49,767 nt of DNA from a virus. The notes beneath the pieces are model-generated. The model searched no databases, was not told where the DNA came from, and saw nothing but the letters and a program-made list of their open reading frames with translations. This document shows positions 9,599 through 19,596 of the stretch, one piece after another. The stretch is from IMG/VR virus record IMGVR_UViG_3300005095_000540. One strand, written 5' to 3'. Within the stretch, counting starts at the first letter, position 1, and each line of letters opens with the position of its first letter. The position numbers and the translations under genes are program-made.

Positions 9599-9934
9599 TT
9601 GGATATGACAGGCGTAACTTATGCGGATGATTTCATAGTTGATACATCAGAATATAATACATCTAGAGTTAAATCGAAATCTAGAACACCAATAGATTAT
9701 ATACGTTTATCACCACCAATTGCAAACAATATAGTTGTTCAACCATACATTGTTTATAATGAAGTTTATAATGAACTAAAAAGACATGGATTTCCTCCAA
9801 TAATGGTGTGGAGACAAATAGACAAATAAAGAAATATGAAAACGATAGGGATATTAAAGATAGCGGAAAAACTCAGTGAAAAAGGAATAAAAGTAAGTGA
9901 AGCAACTGTATATCGTATAATAAAAACATTATGA
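9599..9934 (+). pseudogene. Probable HTH protein interrupted by an in-frame TAA (9827-9829)
   Basis: The frame continues after the stop as RNMKTIGILKIAEKLSEKGIKVSEATVYRIIKTL, an HTH-like pattern. Could instead be two genes (76 aa plus 32 aa from ATG 9836). Confidence 0.45.
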
Positions 9935-10882
9935 GGATAGTTTAACAACAATATCATCCAGGTCAGTTCTTATAACCTTATTTTTTAAAATTGCTTGCAT
10001 TATTGCTTGCATTGCTATATTTATTGCTGTATCCTTGTCAAGTTTGTCAAGTACTGGTAACTCTAGTAGTCTATCCTTTGTTTCTTCATCAACTTCAATG
10101 GTGATTCCAACTTTGGCTATTATTTTTCTGTTGTCTTGGTTTTTATTCTCTTTTTTATTCTCTATCTCTACTGTTTTTGTTTTCTCCTCTTTCTCCTCTA
10201 GATCTTTTAACTCCTCATATAGTTTTTTAAACTCCTCTTTAAGTTTCTGCTCATGGACTTCCTCTATTTTTGTTTTTAATTCATACTTAAATTCTCTTAT
10301 TATATTATTGTACTCTATGATTACATATTTTTTCGGTAATAATCTGTAACCTTTTACAAAACTATAGAATTCACCACCACCATGCTGGCAACAGAAGTAA
10401 GGACAAAGTACGTCATCCTCCTTACATTCATCACAAAGATTCTTCTCACACCTTTCTGTCGATTTCAATAATGCAAATCCGTAGTGTAGGCCAATCGAAG
10501 TACACTTACCTACGTATTTTGGCGGTACAGTACCTGGTGGTGCCACTATGATGTCATCGTAGTCGAAACGTCCACACGTTATTTTGTCGTCTGCCAACTC
10601 GAAATATCTTTTAGCGATGTTAAAAAGCCGGTCATACTTTTCGCATCTCTCAGCAATTTTAGCAATTTCTTCTCTATTTATTACAATATTACGAATACTG
10701 AATAGTTGGCTGATAACAAAATCAATAACGGTTTTAGGGTTTTGGATATTTTGAATTGGAATTCGGTTACCATATAATGATATATATAATTGATTAACAA
10801 TAAGATCAAGAAGATTATTAAGATCCTTGGAGTTAGAGTTTGAGTTTTTAGAGTTTTGTACCCTTTTCACGTTTTTCACCAT
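9929..10882 (-). CDS. Hypothetical protein (Cys cluster, coiled coil, C-terminal VDEET domain) in an AT-rich island
   Basis: 317-aa ORF. ITIEVDEETKDRLLELPVLDK resembles the 29401 ORF. Confidence 0.75.
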   Translation of the reverse strand: MVKNVKRVQNSKNSNSNSKDLNNLLDLIVNQLYISLYGNRIPIQNIQNPKTVIDFVISQLFSIRNIVINREEIAKIAERCEKYDRLFNIAKRYFELADDKITCGRFDYDDIIVAPPGTVPPKYVGKCTSIGLHYGFALLKSTERCEKNLCDECKEDDVLCPYFCCQHGGGEFYSFVKGYRLLPKKYVIIEYNNIIREFKYELKTKIEEVHEQKLKEEFKKLYEELKDLEEKEEKTKTVEIENKKENKNQDNRKIIAKVGITIEVDEETKDRLLELPVLDKLDKDTAINIAMQAIMQAILKNKVIRTDLDDIVVKLSS

Positions 10883-10939
10883 TTCTAGTTATATATCTAG
10901 AAAGATATAAAAAGATTAACTATATAGATGCTCCAAGAA

Positions 10940-11476
10940 CTATATAGGCAGTACCTTCTCTACCAGTAACGGCTCATGAGCCAATATATACTGTGCTATA
11001 GCCCTCCTGATAGCCTCGCCAACACTAATACCCTGCCTTCTAGCCAACCGGTACAACCGCTCCATGAGCTCCTCCGTAGCCTTAAACGTGTAAACCCTCA
11101 TCTCCCTAGCATGTCGTGTGATCTTAAACGGGTTTTTACCCATGTTTTTCTCGACATAATAGGCTGTCAGCATCGCCAGAGCGGCGATCGTCTTTGTACT
11201 ATGTACTGATAACGTGCGACGTATAATATTGATTAGCTCTATCTCTCTCCTATTATTATATGATGATAAATATATATCATGCGTACTACCATCATGATAT
11301 CCTGGATCATATATTTGTTCACCATATATATCATGGAGAGCTTCTATTATGTATTTCAAGCCGTAGCGTAGATAGTGTCTATAGCCGAAGCTGTCACCGG
11401 CCTCGTAGTTGAAAAAACTAGTTATTTTTGCCGGAAGCGGTATGCGCATGTATGGTTTGTCTAAATTATATTTCAT
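10940..11476 (-). CDS. Transcription regulator with C-terminal RHH (CopG-like) domain
   Basis: RVYTFKATEELMERLYRLARRQGISVGEAIRRAIAQYI. Confidence 0.75.
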   Translation of the reverse strand: MKYNLDKPYMRIPLPAKITSFFNYEAGDSFGYRHYLRYGLKYIIEALHDIYGEQIYDPGYHDGSTHDIYLSSYNNRREIELINIIRRTLSVHSTKTIAALAMLTAYYVEKNMGKNPFKITRHAREMRVYTFKATEELMERLYRLARRQGISVGEAIRRAIAQYILAHEPLLVEKVLPI

Positions 11477-12337
11477 CTAGACCACCAGTTTCACGTCTAT
11501 ACCCTTGCCCGGCACACGTCCCTGTCCCTGTGTCTTGTATATTCTTACCTCGAATAATTTGGTCTGCGGCGGATAGCGGCGCGATATATTAGCGTAGACA
11601 CCGCATATGGTTTCCTGTCCGGGCACTACTCGTTCCCGTAGCGTTATCCATTTCTCCTTGACCGCAAACCTTGACTTACCGCCGAACGGTAGTAGTTCGA
11701 AGTCGCTCTTCACGTTCTTGCCGAACGGACTGCTGGGCTGGTCTATTACTAATACCTGTGCTTTGGCCACGTTAGCGAATATCTTGAGCTTCATTGCTAG
11801 CTGTGTCAGTATGCTCAGTATCCTTCCACGCTCATCCATAGATGCGACCGCGAATTTCTGGAATATTGGGAACCCGATGCTGTCTATTATGTAGAGGTCG
11901 AAAGTCTTGCTGTAGATATCCCCGTTGCTCAGCGGAGGCTTGGCGTGTTCTTTCTTGGTGCTTGGATCCGCTATTTTCTGCACTAGGTTGATGAAGGTGT
12001 CCGGGTTAGGCTGGTATATGTATAGTATGTTGCCATAGTTTTTGAACTCGTCCTCATCAAGGTTTTTCTCCGTGTCGATATAGAGCACGGTCTTGCCTAG
12101 ACGTGCATAGTACTTGGCGAGCCAGATGGCGAACGATGTCTTACCCGTACCGGTGTCACCATACAGCATGAATATATCGTAACCCACTACTTTTAGGAGC
12201 CATTTATAGATAGTGTCTGGTATGGTCGATTGTTGTTGCTGTTGCTGTTGCTTAGAGCCTTGACTGGTATTGAGCTGGACATGTCTTTGGGGTTGGGCCT
12301 TAGGGTTTGAGGCCATGTTTTTAGGCTTTAGGCTCAC
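11477..12337 (-). CDS. RecA-superfamily ATPase (RadB/RadA/Sak4-like)
   Basis: LYGDTGTGKT (Walker A), VLYIDTE, LYIIDSI (Walker B), VLVIDQ, PFGG. Confidence 0.85.
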   Translation of the reverse strand: MSLKPKNMASNPKAQPQRHVQLNTSQGSKQQQQQQQSTIPDTIYKWLLKVVGYDIFMLYGDTGTGKTSFAIWLAKYYARLGKTVLYIDTEKNLDEDEFKNYGNILYIYQPNPDTFINLVQKIADPSTKKEHAKPPLSNGDIYSKTFDLYIIDSIGFPIFQKFAVASMDERGRILSILTQLAMKLKIFANVAKAQVLVIDQPSSPFGKNVKSDFELLPFGGKSRFAVKEKWITLRERVVPGQETICGVYANISRRYPPQTKLFEVRIYKTQGQGRVPGKGIDVKLVV

Positions 12338-12350
12338 AGGTGTTCACCTC

Positions 12351-13034
12351 CTACTTATTATTATTTAGCTGTGAATCTGTGTTTAGGAGCCAGTAACGGT
12401 ACTTCCTACAAATAATGTTGTAGGGACAGTTATCACACTCCCATGCCACGTCCGGGCCCCTTGGCGGCAACTCCTTCTTGATACTGGATATCAGTATATT
12501 GGCACGGTGTAGTGTTTCTTGCCAGAGCTTCTCATCCGGGTAGCCCGGCGTGGCCTCGACCACTAGGCGGCGCTTATCCACTATTATGAGCCAATACATC
12601 TCAGCACCAACCATCTTCGCATAGGCGTTAGCCTGCATAATATACATTGGCTTCGCATCCGTCTCCGGGTTCCCGAACTTGAACTCATACACCACGTTAT
12701 CGTGTAGCATGTCTATCCTTCCCTTCAACACCCAGCCCCCACCGAGGCTGTGCTCGACGGGTACCTCGTACTCGGCGCCACGGAACGTGTTGCCGAGCAC
12801 CTTGGGGAGGAGCTCGTGGAGTGCTTTCCCTATAAGGACGGAGGAGTTAGCGGTTATCGGGTGGGCGTTGAACACTATGTTAAAGAACGCTTTACGGAGA
12901 CAATTTGTTACCTCGGTCACATAGATGTCTCCCGGGTTACGGGGCCGTAGATCATATGTTGTTAGGGCCCGCCTGATAAGGGCTTCGAGGCGACTCTTCT
13001 CCCTTAGAAGCTCCTCATCCATCAAGCCCACCAT
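12351..13034 (-). CDS. cas4: Cas4-family (RecB-like PD-(D/E)XK, Fe-S) exonuclease, stand-alone
   Basis: N-terminal Cys (VTNCLRK), GKALHE, LKGRIDML, YEFK, QANAY and C-terminal CDNCPYNIIC. Confidence 0.88.
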   Translation of the reverse strand: MVGLMDEELLREKSRLEALIRRALTTYDLRPRNPGDIYVTEVTNCLRKAFFNIVFNAHPITANSSVLIGKALHELLPKVLGNTFRGAEYEVPVEHSLGGGWVLKGRIDMLHDNVVYEFKFGNPETDAKPMYIMQANAYAKMVGAEMYWLIIVDKRRLVVEATPGYPDEKLWQETLHRANILISSIKKELPPRGPDVAWECDNCPYNIICRKYRYWLLNTDSQLNNNK

Positions 13035-13036
13035 AT

Positions 13037-13375
13037 TTATCCCCTCACGGCTATGCTCATAAGGTGCTTAGCTATCATGTCGAAGGGAGCCTTAGCCATA
13101 ACAAGAGTGCCAACACCCTTGACGCCTACAACCACCACTACAGGCTCCCCGGTCTCCCCCACGAGACCGACACGATACTCTGCGACATATCCCCCGTCAC
13201 CGGTGTGGAGATCACGGTGCACACTATGCTTATCAACACCGGTCACAACACCTATGTCACGACGGACAATATCGTCTATACGTATATGTTCTAGATAGCG
13301 TTTTATCAAGACAGTGTTCACGCCGTGCTGGTATATGCCCCGGGCAAGCATAGTCATACCGGTACACCCCATCAT
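13037..13375 (-). CDS. Hypothetical Val/Gly-rich protein
   Basis: 112-aa ORF between the SSB and cas4 genes, GGTG RBS. Confidence 0.6.
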   Translation of the reverse strand: MMGCTGMTMLARGIYQHGVNTVLIKRYLEHIRIDDIVRRDIGVVTGVDKHSVHRDLHTGDGGYVAEYRVGLVGETGEPVVVVVGVKGVGTLVMAKAPFDMIAKHLMSIAVRG

Positions 13376-13383
13376 GGTTACAC

Positions 13384-14016
13384 CTAGACGTTCTCGGGTG
13401 CCGGGAGATCCTCGGGTATATCGACATCTACCGTGTTGTCCTCCTCGGCCTCAGGCTCGACACCGGCTTGTTGTTCCTCTACCGGTTGTTCTCCCTGTTC
13501 CGTGTTCTGCTCCGTTGCCGCTTGCTCGTCGAGCGGTATATAGCCCCATACATTTACAGATGACAGTACACGGCCATCCGGCATCTCACGCTCCTTCTTC
13601 TTACCAACAACAATAATAATATCCCCGGCGAAACTATCAGCTATGTACTCGGCATCATCCCTGTTGTCGAAGAACAGGCTTATCCACTCATTAGTGTTAG
13701 GATCTAGTGCCCCTATCTTGTAGTTGCCGCTGGCTGTCTCCTTGATTATCACCTTTGTCGGTATGGCTACTACCATTACATCTACTACTATGCCGTTGCC
13801 GAGAGTATATGTTGTGGAATAACTATTTGTTGCTTGGAGCTCTGCCACTACCTGGTCACGTATCATTCCGAGTTCTTCCTTGCTTACGCGTTTCTTGGAG
13901 GCATAGGTTACTACTTCGCAGATGCGCTCTATCCATGCCTTGTTAAATCCCTTGCTAGTGTAATACTCGATACATTGGTTCTTGGATTTGAACCTGGGCA
14001 TACGGGTTTCACCCAT
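13384..14016 (-). CDS. Putative single-stranded DNA-binding protein (OB-fold with acidic tail)
   Basis: Beta-rich core (WISLFF...AGDIIIVVGKKKER...SVNVWG), strongly acidic C-terminus, adjacent to cas4 and the RecA-like gene. Confidence 0.65.
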   Translation of the reverse strand: MGETRMPRFKSKNQCIEYYTSKGFNKAWIERICEVVTYASKKRVSKEELGMIRDQVVAELQATNSYSTTYTLGNGIVVDVMVVAIPTKVIIKETASGNYKIGALDPNTNEWISLFFDNRDDAEYIADSFAGDIIIVVGKKKEREMPDGRVLSSVNVWGYIPLDEQAATEQNTEQGEQPVEEQQAGVEPEAEEDNTVDVDIPEDLPAPENV

Positions 14017-14105
14017 TCTATATATATGGCTAGAGAAGGTATTTAAGCCGGGGGTGCCCGAAACTAGGGATGGAGAAAAGTGAAAGTATTACCTTTTGTA
14101 AAAAA

Positions 14106-14567
14106 TCATCGCCTTACACGGGCAACAACCGGTACTGGGACAGGCTTCCATACACGTGGCGACGGCGTCGGCCTTACACGTACAGCCGTAGCGATCCCCA
14201 TCCTTACCAGCTCGTTGGCTACACGCTTAGCGTTCGGCCCCGTCAATACCGGTATAGCCCACGACGGGAGCTTCAAATGCCTATAGACATACTCTACTAG
14301 CTGTTTAACCTCCTGTGTAAGCTGAGGATTGTGATAGTGCTTCTTACTCAACGCTATCAGATAGAATAACCGCTCCCGGAACAACGCCTTATCCATCGGT
14401 ATCCGTTGTCCCCTACTATTATATGTCCATCCACGCTTATAGTCACGGAGAATAAGGGCCGCTATCCCCGCCGCCGTGACAGGGTTCACGCCATACCCGG
14501 GAACCCATACACCCTCGTTTCTTGCATATGCAGACAAATGCCCCTCATACTTGTTCATACGAACCAT
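14106..14567 (-). CDS. Basic protein, possible nucleoprotein
   Basis: 153 aa, Arg/Lys-rich, with an R/P/V-rich tail. Confidence 0.7.
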   Translation of the reverse strand: MVRMNKYEGHLSAYARNEGVWVPGYGVNPVTAAGIAALILRDYKRGWTYNSRGQRIPMDKALFRERLFYLIALSKKHYHNPQLTQEVKQLVEYVYRHLKLPSWAIPVLTGPNAKRVANELVRMGIATAVRVRPTPSPRVWKPVPVPVVARVRR

Positions 14568-14884
14568 TACACTGCCACCCTACGCACAGCTAATTCCTTC
14601 TTATGTGTGGCTTCAAGCTCGGAGGAAGGGGTGGGGGAATGCACTACCTGGTGCAATACAACTGTGTTGAAGTAAGTATGAATCCGTGTGACTGGCTTAG
14701 TAATATATACTGTCCTATAATGGGTTACGTACACAGTATTTAGATGTGTAACTATATCGCTCACAATATCCGATACATGCGTAGATATAATGGTTGGATG
14801 AACAACCTTTGTAATTGTACTAGTAACAATACTGGTAATAGTACCTGTTTCGGGAGTTACAGCTACATTTACCAAGACCCCCAC
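14567..14884 (-). CDS. Thr/Val/His-rich protein (TKPVT family)
   Basis: TVYVTHYRTVYITKPVTRIHT. Confidence 0.6.
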   Translation of the reverse strand: MGVLVNVAVTPETGTITSIVTSTITKVVHPTIISTHVSDIVSDIVTHLNTVYVTHYRTVYITKPVTRIHTYFNTVVLHQVVHSPTPSSELEATHKKELAVRRVAV

Positions 14885-14921
14885 CCCTATAAATGACTAG
14901 GAGATACTGTATATTTATTTA

Positions 14922-17354
14922 TCACGTATAGCTCCCCTCGACAACCCTGTCGTACTTAGCCTTGATAATATCCATGAGCCGGTCATGAGGCAACACTATA
15001 GCCTCATCAATAGCACGATAGACATTGTTCTTCAGTACTTTCTTAACAAACCAGAGCGGCTCCGACCTGTACATCTCGTAGCGGCGCTCCGCATGATCAC
15101 GCAGATACTTTATATCATCCGCTATATCGATCACTATCGCCCTGTCCTTACCTGGATAACGCCTTATAACACGGCCTATGCGCTGGAAAGCCTTAACCCT
15201 GCTCTTACCCGCCCTTACAATCATTAATGATTTAAGATTCGGTATATCGAGGCCCTCATCCGCCACAGTAGTACCGATCAAAACGTCTAGGCGGCCCTCA
15301 CGTATATCCTTCAACAACTTCCTGCGCCGCTTACCCGAGAGCTCGCCATGAATAAACTCAACATTAATACCGGCCTCCCTCATAGCGTCACGGAGTACTT
15401 TGCCATGATCCTTGAACTCGACAAGCACTAGGACTGGCTTATAGCCTTTCTCGACAAGATACTTAGCCACACTAGCTATGTACTTATTGCGGTATTCGTC
15501 AAAATAGACCGTACGACGTACCTCTGTGTACCGGTTGCCCCGAGCCCAACGGAGCTCCTCATCCTTCTCGCGCTCCACGGGATCACTGTACTCCACCATG
15601 AATATGAACGGGGGCACTAGGAAGCCACGGGCTATTAGCTCGCTACTCGTAATCTTTCTGTCCACAATACTCCCGATACTGGCATATATCAACATGTCGT
15701 GGTCGTCGTCACGCCACGGCGTAGCAGACAAGCCAACCCTAAGAGCATCCTTGTTAGCGAGGACAGTATAACGGATGGTCTTGGCCGGGACATGCTGTAC
15801 CTCATCAAAAACTACTAGACCAGCATTGTTCACATAGTCGTCAGCCAGTAACCGCTTCTGTTGCTCCTTCAAAGGAACCTCGTCAAGCCTTACACCTTCC
15901 TCAGGCTTATCGCTCAGGCCACGAAGCTCTTTCTTCTCCTCCTCCGAGAGCTCCTTATACTTCTGCAGAGCCTTATAGAGGCTCTGAACAGTAACCGCAA
16001 CCACCGGCTTATCTAGGTCGAACTCGTCCCCGGTAACCACGCCTACCGGGATACCGTATTTCTTGCATCGCTCGGCGAACTGGTAGACCAAGTCCTTAGT
16101 GGTCGCGAGGAAATATACTTTCCGCTTACCGTTCAGCAAGCCCTTCTCCAGCAACGGTAGCAGACGTGATATGAGATCTATGGCGACCTCGGTCTTCCCC
16201 GCACCCGTAGCCGCCCAGAGCGTGGCCCCGCCGTTCATGCTTAGATACTCAAGCATCTTAGCCTCAGCCTCAAGCTGGTATGGACGGAGAGTCTTCACCA
16301 CTCCGCCAAGCGGTTTATCCCATAGGTTCTCCGCAATCCACACCGCATAGGGATGAAGCTTCACGTTCACGCCGTTATCCCGTAGAAAACGATATATCGC
16401 GTACACCATGCCGCGCGGCACAAGGATCAGCCAACGGCCACGCTCATCCTTACCCCAGCGCCACACACGGCGCTCCCTATCAACCATCTCGTGGAGATCA
16501 CGGTCATAGACACGGTACGTATAGGTAAGCCTATCCTGTACCTTCCTGACCAGCTCCCGTGGCATCATATATGCCGGCAATGCATAATAGTTCGGATCAT
16601 CCCTGTACGGCTTAAAATCAATGCTCGGCCCACTCACCACATAGTTTTCGAGATCCCCACCCCATATACTACGCAGTATATCTATAAAGCCTCTCGGCCC
16701 AACAAGCCTTGAACCCCCATGCCTGAGTACAAGCTCAACACTTACCGGGTAGCCTTCAAGCTCACGTAGAGCCTGAAGCGCCTGTGACGGGCTCCGCAGA
16801 AAGACTTGGGGGCTAAACACGTTGGTATAGCCGTTCCACACGAAGCCCGCCCGACGCATCTTCTCCCTAAACGTGTTGAAATCCTCGATATACCGGTTCT
16901 TACGCAGTTCAACGGATTCAATGCTCTCATTATATTTTTTCACGAGATCTTGTAGCGAGACCTGTTTCTCCGGGTTAAGCTTTTTCAGCACACTAGATAG
17001 TACGGTCTCATAGTACTGCTTAGCAAGACTCATATCATCGTTACTGAACAGCCTGGAATAATCAATACTCCCCAGCACGGAGAGCCATGGGCCACGAGCC
17101 CTTTTCCACCTGCCTATCAGGCGCTCAGCCTTAACCGGCTTGACCTCCGCGTCAAGACCAAGTATATCCACGCCCACACCGCGTCGCCTAATCCACTTCT
17201 CAAGACCAGCAATACTGGTCGCGGGATACACGTTTTTGCTCTCCATACGTATATCCTGTGCTCTACTGCGGCGAGAACGCTCATACCATATCTCAAGAGC
17301 CCGTTGCCACAGCCTGCGTAGCTCCTCCTCCCGCTCTACAGAAGTACGAGCCAC
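14922..17354 (-). CDS. Superfamily 2 DNA helicase (XPB/Rad25/UvsW-like) with long N-terminal extension
   Basis: LRPYQ, ATGAGKT, FDEVQH, GLSATP, FIHGEL, GTTVADEGLDIP, QRIGRVIR. Confidence 0.92.
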   Translation of the reverse strand: MARTSVEREEELRRLWQRALEIWYERSRRSRAQDIRMESKNVYPATSIAGLEKWIRRRGVGVDILGLDAEVKPVKAERLIGRWKRARGPWLSVLGSIDYSRLFSNDDMSLAKQYYETVLSSVLKKLNPEKQVSLQDLVKKYNESIESVELRKNRYIEDFNTFREKMRRAGFVWNGYTNVFSPQVFLRSPSQALQALRELEGYPVSVELVLRHGGSRLVGPRGFIDILRSIWGGDLENYVVSGPSIDFKPYRDDPNYYALPAYMMPRELVRKVQDRLTYTYRVYDRDLHEMVDRERRVWRWGKDERGRWLILVPRGMVYAIYRFLRDNGVNVKLHPYAVWIAENLWDKPLGGVVKTLRPYQLEAEAKMLEYLSMNGGATLWAATGAGKTEVAIDLISRLLPLLEKGLLNGKRKVYFLATTKDLVYQFAERCKKYGIPVGVVTGDEFDLDKPVVAVTVQSLYKALQKYKELSEEEKKELRGLSDKPEEGVRLDEVPLKEQQKRLLADDYVNNAGLVVFDEVQHVPAKTIRYTVLANKDALRVGLSATPWRDDDHDMLIYASIGSIVDRKITSSELIARGFLVPPFIFMVEYSDPVEREKDEELRWARGNRYTEVRRTVYFDEYRNKYIASVAKYLVEKGYKPVLVLVEFKDHGKVLRDAMREAGINVEFIHGELSGKRRRKLLKDIREGRLDVLIGTTVADEGLDIPNLKSLMIVRAGKSRVKAFQRIGRVIRRYPGKDRAIVIDIADDIKYLRDHAERRYEMYRSEPLWFVKKVLKNNVYRAIDEAIVLPHDRLMDIIKAKYDRVVEGSYT

Positions 17355-17438
17355 TATCCCACACCTATAATAGAATTAGCGATATAACATATATAACTAT
17401 GAAGAAAACAAGAACCCGGAAAACCCAGCCGGGAAAAA

Positions 17439-17681
17439 CTATGTTGTAGTAATAAGCTTCTTCAAGACCCGGGCCAGCTCCTCAGAGCTCACCGCGACAG
17501 GCTTACCATGCGTGCTGAACAGCTCCGTGTGGCGGGCCACGACCTGTGTAACAACATGTGTCACGCCCTTATCGTCCACATAGGTGCTGAGCTTATAGTA
17601 GTTCGTGACAACACCCTTGGTGACATACTTGGTCGCATAACGGGTTACGGCCCGGGTCACGTAGAGCGTGGGAATACTCAT
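17439..17681 (-). CDS. Thr/Val/Tyr-rich small protein
   Basis: YVTRAVTRYATKYVTKGVV; C-terminal HGKPVAVS resembles HGKPTAVS in the 1877 ORF. Confidence 0.6.
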   Translation of the reverse strand: MSIPTLYVTRAVTRYATKYVTKGVVTNYYKLSTYVDDKGVTHVVTQVVARHTELFSTHGKPVAVSSEELARVLKKLITTT

Positions 17682-17694
17682 GTCTTACCACCCT

Positions 17695-18063
17695 TTAGAC
17701 CGCCATGTAAACAGTTATAATTATGGCTACGGCCACGACAATGGCTAGGTAGGCCGGAGTAGTGATTATCTTGAGAAGTATCTGCATAACCGGCATCAAC
17801 GCATCAATGATCTGCTGGAACAATGACTGAGAAGGCTTGTTTAGGACGCCGGTGTAGTTGCCGAGCTCTATGGTCTCGTTACCAGCCACCGTGACGTTAG
17901 GGTCTACCTTGTGCAGGGCCTGCATAGCCGTATAGTGTATCGTGGAGGTCACGTTGAACAGTATCGCGAAACTATAGCCTAGAAACCCCGCTATATACGA
18001 TACGAACAGCGACAGTATGATCCCCGCCACGATGGCCGTAGCGATAGTCCAGCGGCTCGTCAC
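17695..18063 (-). CDS. Two-TM protein with N-glycosylation sequons, putative virion protein
   Basis: Hydrophobic N- and C-terminal helices; NVT, NVT, NET, NYT in the loop. Confidence 0.7.
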   Translation of the reverse strand: MTSRWTIATAIVAGIILSLFVSYIAGFLGYSFAILFNVTSTIHYTAMQALHKVDPNVTVAGNETIELGNYTGVLNKPSQSLFQQIIDALMPVMQILLKIITTPAYLAIVVAVAIIITVYMAV

Positions 18064-18476
18064 TCTGTCGGCACCCCGCTAACACGTGATGCTATATAGT
18101 AGTACATGCTATAAGCCGCTACCCCGCTAACCGTCGTAGCTATACTAGCACCGATAAAGCCCGGTACAGGGATCATCGAGACAAGCATAGAGACAAGCCC
18201 GGCAATACCGGTTATCGCGGGGAGAAACAAGCCGAGATAATACGCGTAGCCAGCCCACTGAGCTATCTGTGGCACGAAAGCACGTCCAATAGTCCCGAAA
18301 ACCATTGAAATACCCCCCACAAGCCCCACGTACGGGAAGATATTAGCGGCAAACCGCATCGCGTCCGGAATCGGCATATGATAAGCATAGAACACCCCGA
18401 CAACCAGTAGGCTCAGCACAAACATCAGCCAGCCAAACTGTATAAGCGTCCGGCCAAGCCCCACGATAACCGGCAA
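18060..18476 (-). CDS. Highly hydrophobic multi-TM protein
   Basis: 138 aa, Gly/Ala-rich hydrophobic segments. Confidence 0.7.
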   Translation of the reverse strand: MPVIVGLGRTLIQFGWLMFVLSLLVVGVFYAYHMPIPDAMRFAANIFPYVGLVGGISMVFGTIGRAFVPQIAQWAGYAYYLGLFLPAITGIAGLVSMLVSMIPVPGFIGASIATTVSGVAAYSMYYYIASRVSGVPTE

Positions 18477-18492
18477 CCCAGACCACCCACTA

Positions 18493-18990
18493 CTACGTAA
18501 CCCTGGTCTTCCACACCTTTACCTCACTACTACTCACAGGATGAGCCACCTGCCTAGCAACAGAAACACTACCACCAGAACCACTGCCCGGCTTAACCTG
18601 CACCGGGACAACAACGCCACCACCACTACTAATCTTCTTAACCTGAACCTGCACAGCCTTCTCCTTCAAGTTCTCCTTGACATGCACAACCCTCGTCCCA
18701 ACATACTTCTTAACCCGGCTAACAATATGCGTGACAAACACCGTATGCGGCCTCGTAACCGTGACCGTGACCGGCTTAGTAGACACAATACTCAGATACT
18801 TCAACACAAGCGTAGAAATATCGAGCTCCACAGCCGGCAAAGTAGCAATAACCGGCACCGTAACAACACGAGTCACCCTCTCCTTAACACCCACCGGCAC
18901 AGTAACAACACTAGTTTCAACACCTACATTATGACGTATAACAACTCTCACACTATCACCCCTAGGATAAAATATAGGATTAAACAACAT
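18493..18990 (-). CDS. Val/Thr-rich protein (TKPVT family)
   Basis: STKPVTVTVTRPHTVFVTHIVSRV with Gly/Ser linkers. Confidence 0.6.
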   Translation of the reverse strand: MLFNPIFYPRGDSVRVVIRHNVGVETSVVTVPVGVKERVTRVVTVPVIATLPAVELDISTLVLKYLSIVSTKPVTVTVTRPHTVFVTHIVSRVKKYVGTRVVHVKENLKEKAVQVQVKKISSGGGVVVPVQVKPGSGSGGSVSVARQVAHPVSSSEVKVWKTRVT

Positions 18991-19022
18991 ATATGTGTGA
19001 CCATAACCACTTTATGTTTTTA

Positions 19023-19592
19023 TCACCTTAATGATGTCCGATGTTCTAGGAGTATGAAGTAGCTCTTCTGGTTCTCCACGTTGTTAATGTATCTGCTCAC
19101 GGGATGGAACTCTACAGCATCAACTAGTATCCAGTCCTCTGGCTCTACTTTCTTATAGTGTATTAGGAGATACCTAGCCTTCAGCCTGTAAGCCGTCCTT
19201 ATCCCGCCCTCAAGAATAGTGTCTGGGGACCCATACACGGTGTTGAACTGCTGACGGCGACGATGTATATACTGTGTCCAAGGAGGATCCACTACCACCA
19301 CATCAGGCACTACTCCCAGCTTCTCCACCTTCTTATAGACGCTCCAGCTAGGCGATTTAGTGAACCAGTCTGGCTCGACCACCCATTGATGTATCTTTAC
19401 ATCGCTGGCGAGCAACAGCTTCGGCCTCCATGCACCATAGAAGCGTCCCTGTCCATAGGTTACATCTAATACTATCATGTGCTCTGGATTGTGAAGCGTC
19501 TTCAACAACATATCATAGACTAGGCAACTGATAGGGTACTTGACACACTTACCGCCACGAGCCTGAATATCCCGCTGATCTACCACTCTCAA
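19023..19592 (-). CDS. SAM-dependent amino-DNA methyltransferase-like protein
   Basis: VLDVTYGQGRFY (motif I) and VVVDPPW (motif IV). Probable TTG start at 19592 after a GGTGA RBS, because the track's 5' extension overlaps the upstream ORF. Confidence 0.75.
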   Translation of the reverse strand: MRVVDQRDIQARGGKCVKYPISCLVYDMLLKTLHNPEHMIVLDVTYGQGRFYGAWRPKLLLASDVKIHQWVVEPDWFTKSPSWSVYKKVEKLGVVPDVVVVDPPWTQYIHRRRQQFNTVYGSPDTILEGGIRTAYRLKARYLLIHYKKVEPEDWILVDAVEFHPVSRYINNVENQKSYFILLEHRTSLR

Positions 19593-19596
19593 TTTA

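Noticed and set aside
18541-19062. Long N/H/T/R-rich antisense ORFs (e.g. 18541, 21958, 27994, 28004, 28456, 40237, 40654)
   Set aside because: Antisense or alternate-frame shadows of better-supported genes, caused by strong G/T versus A/C skew.
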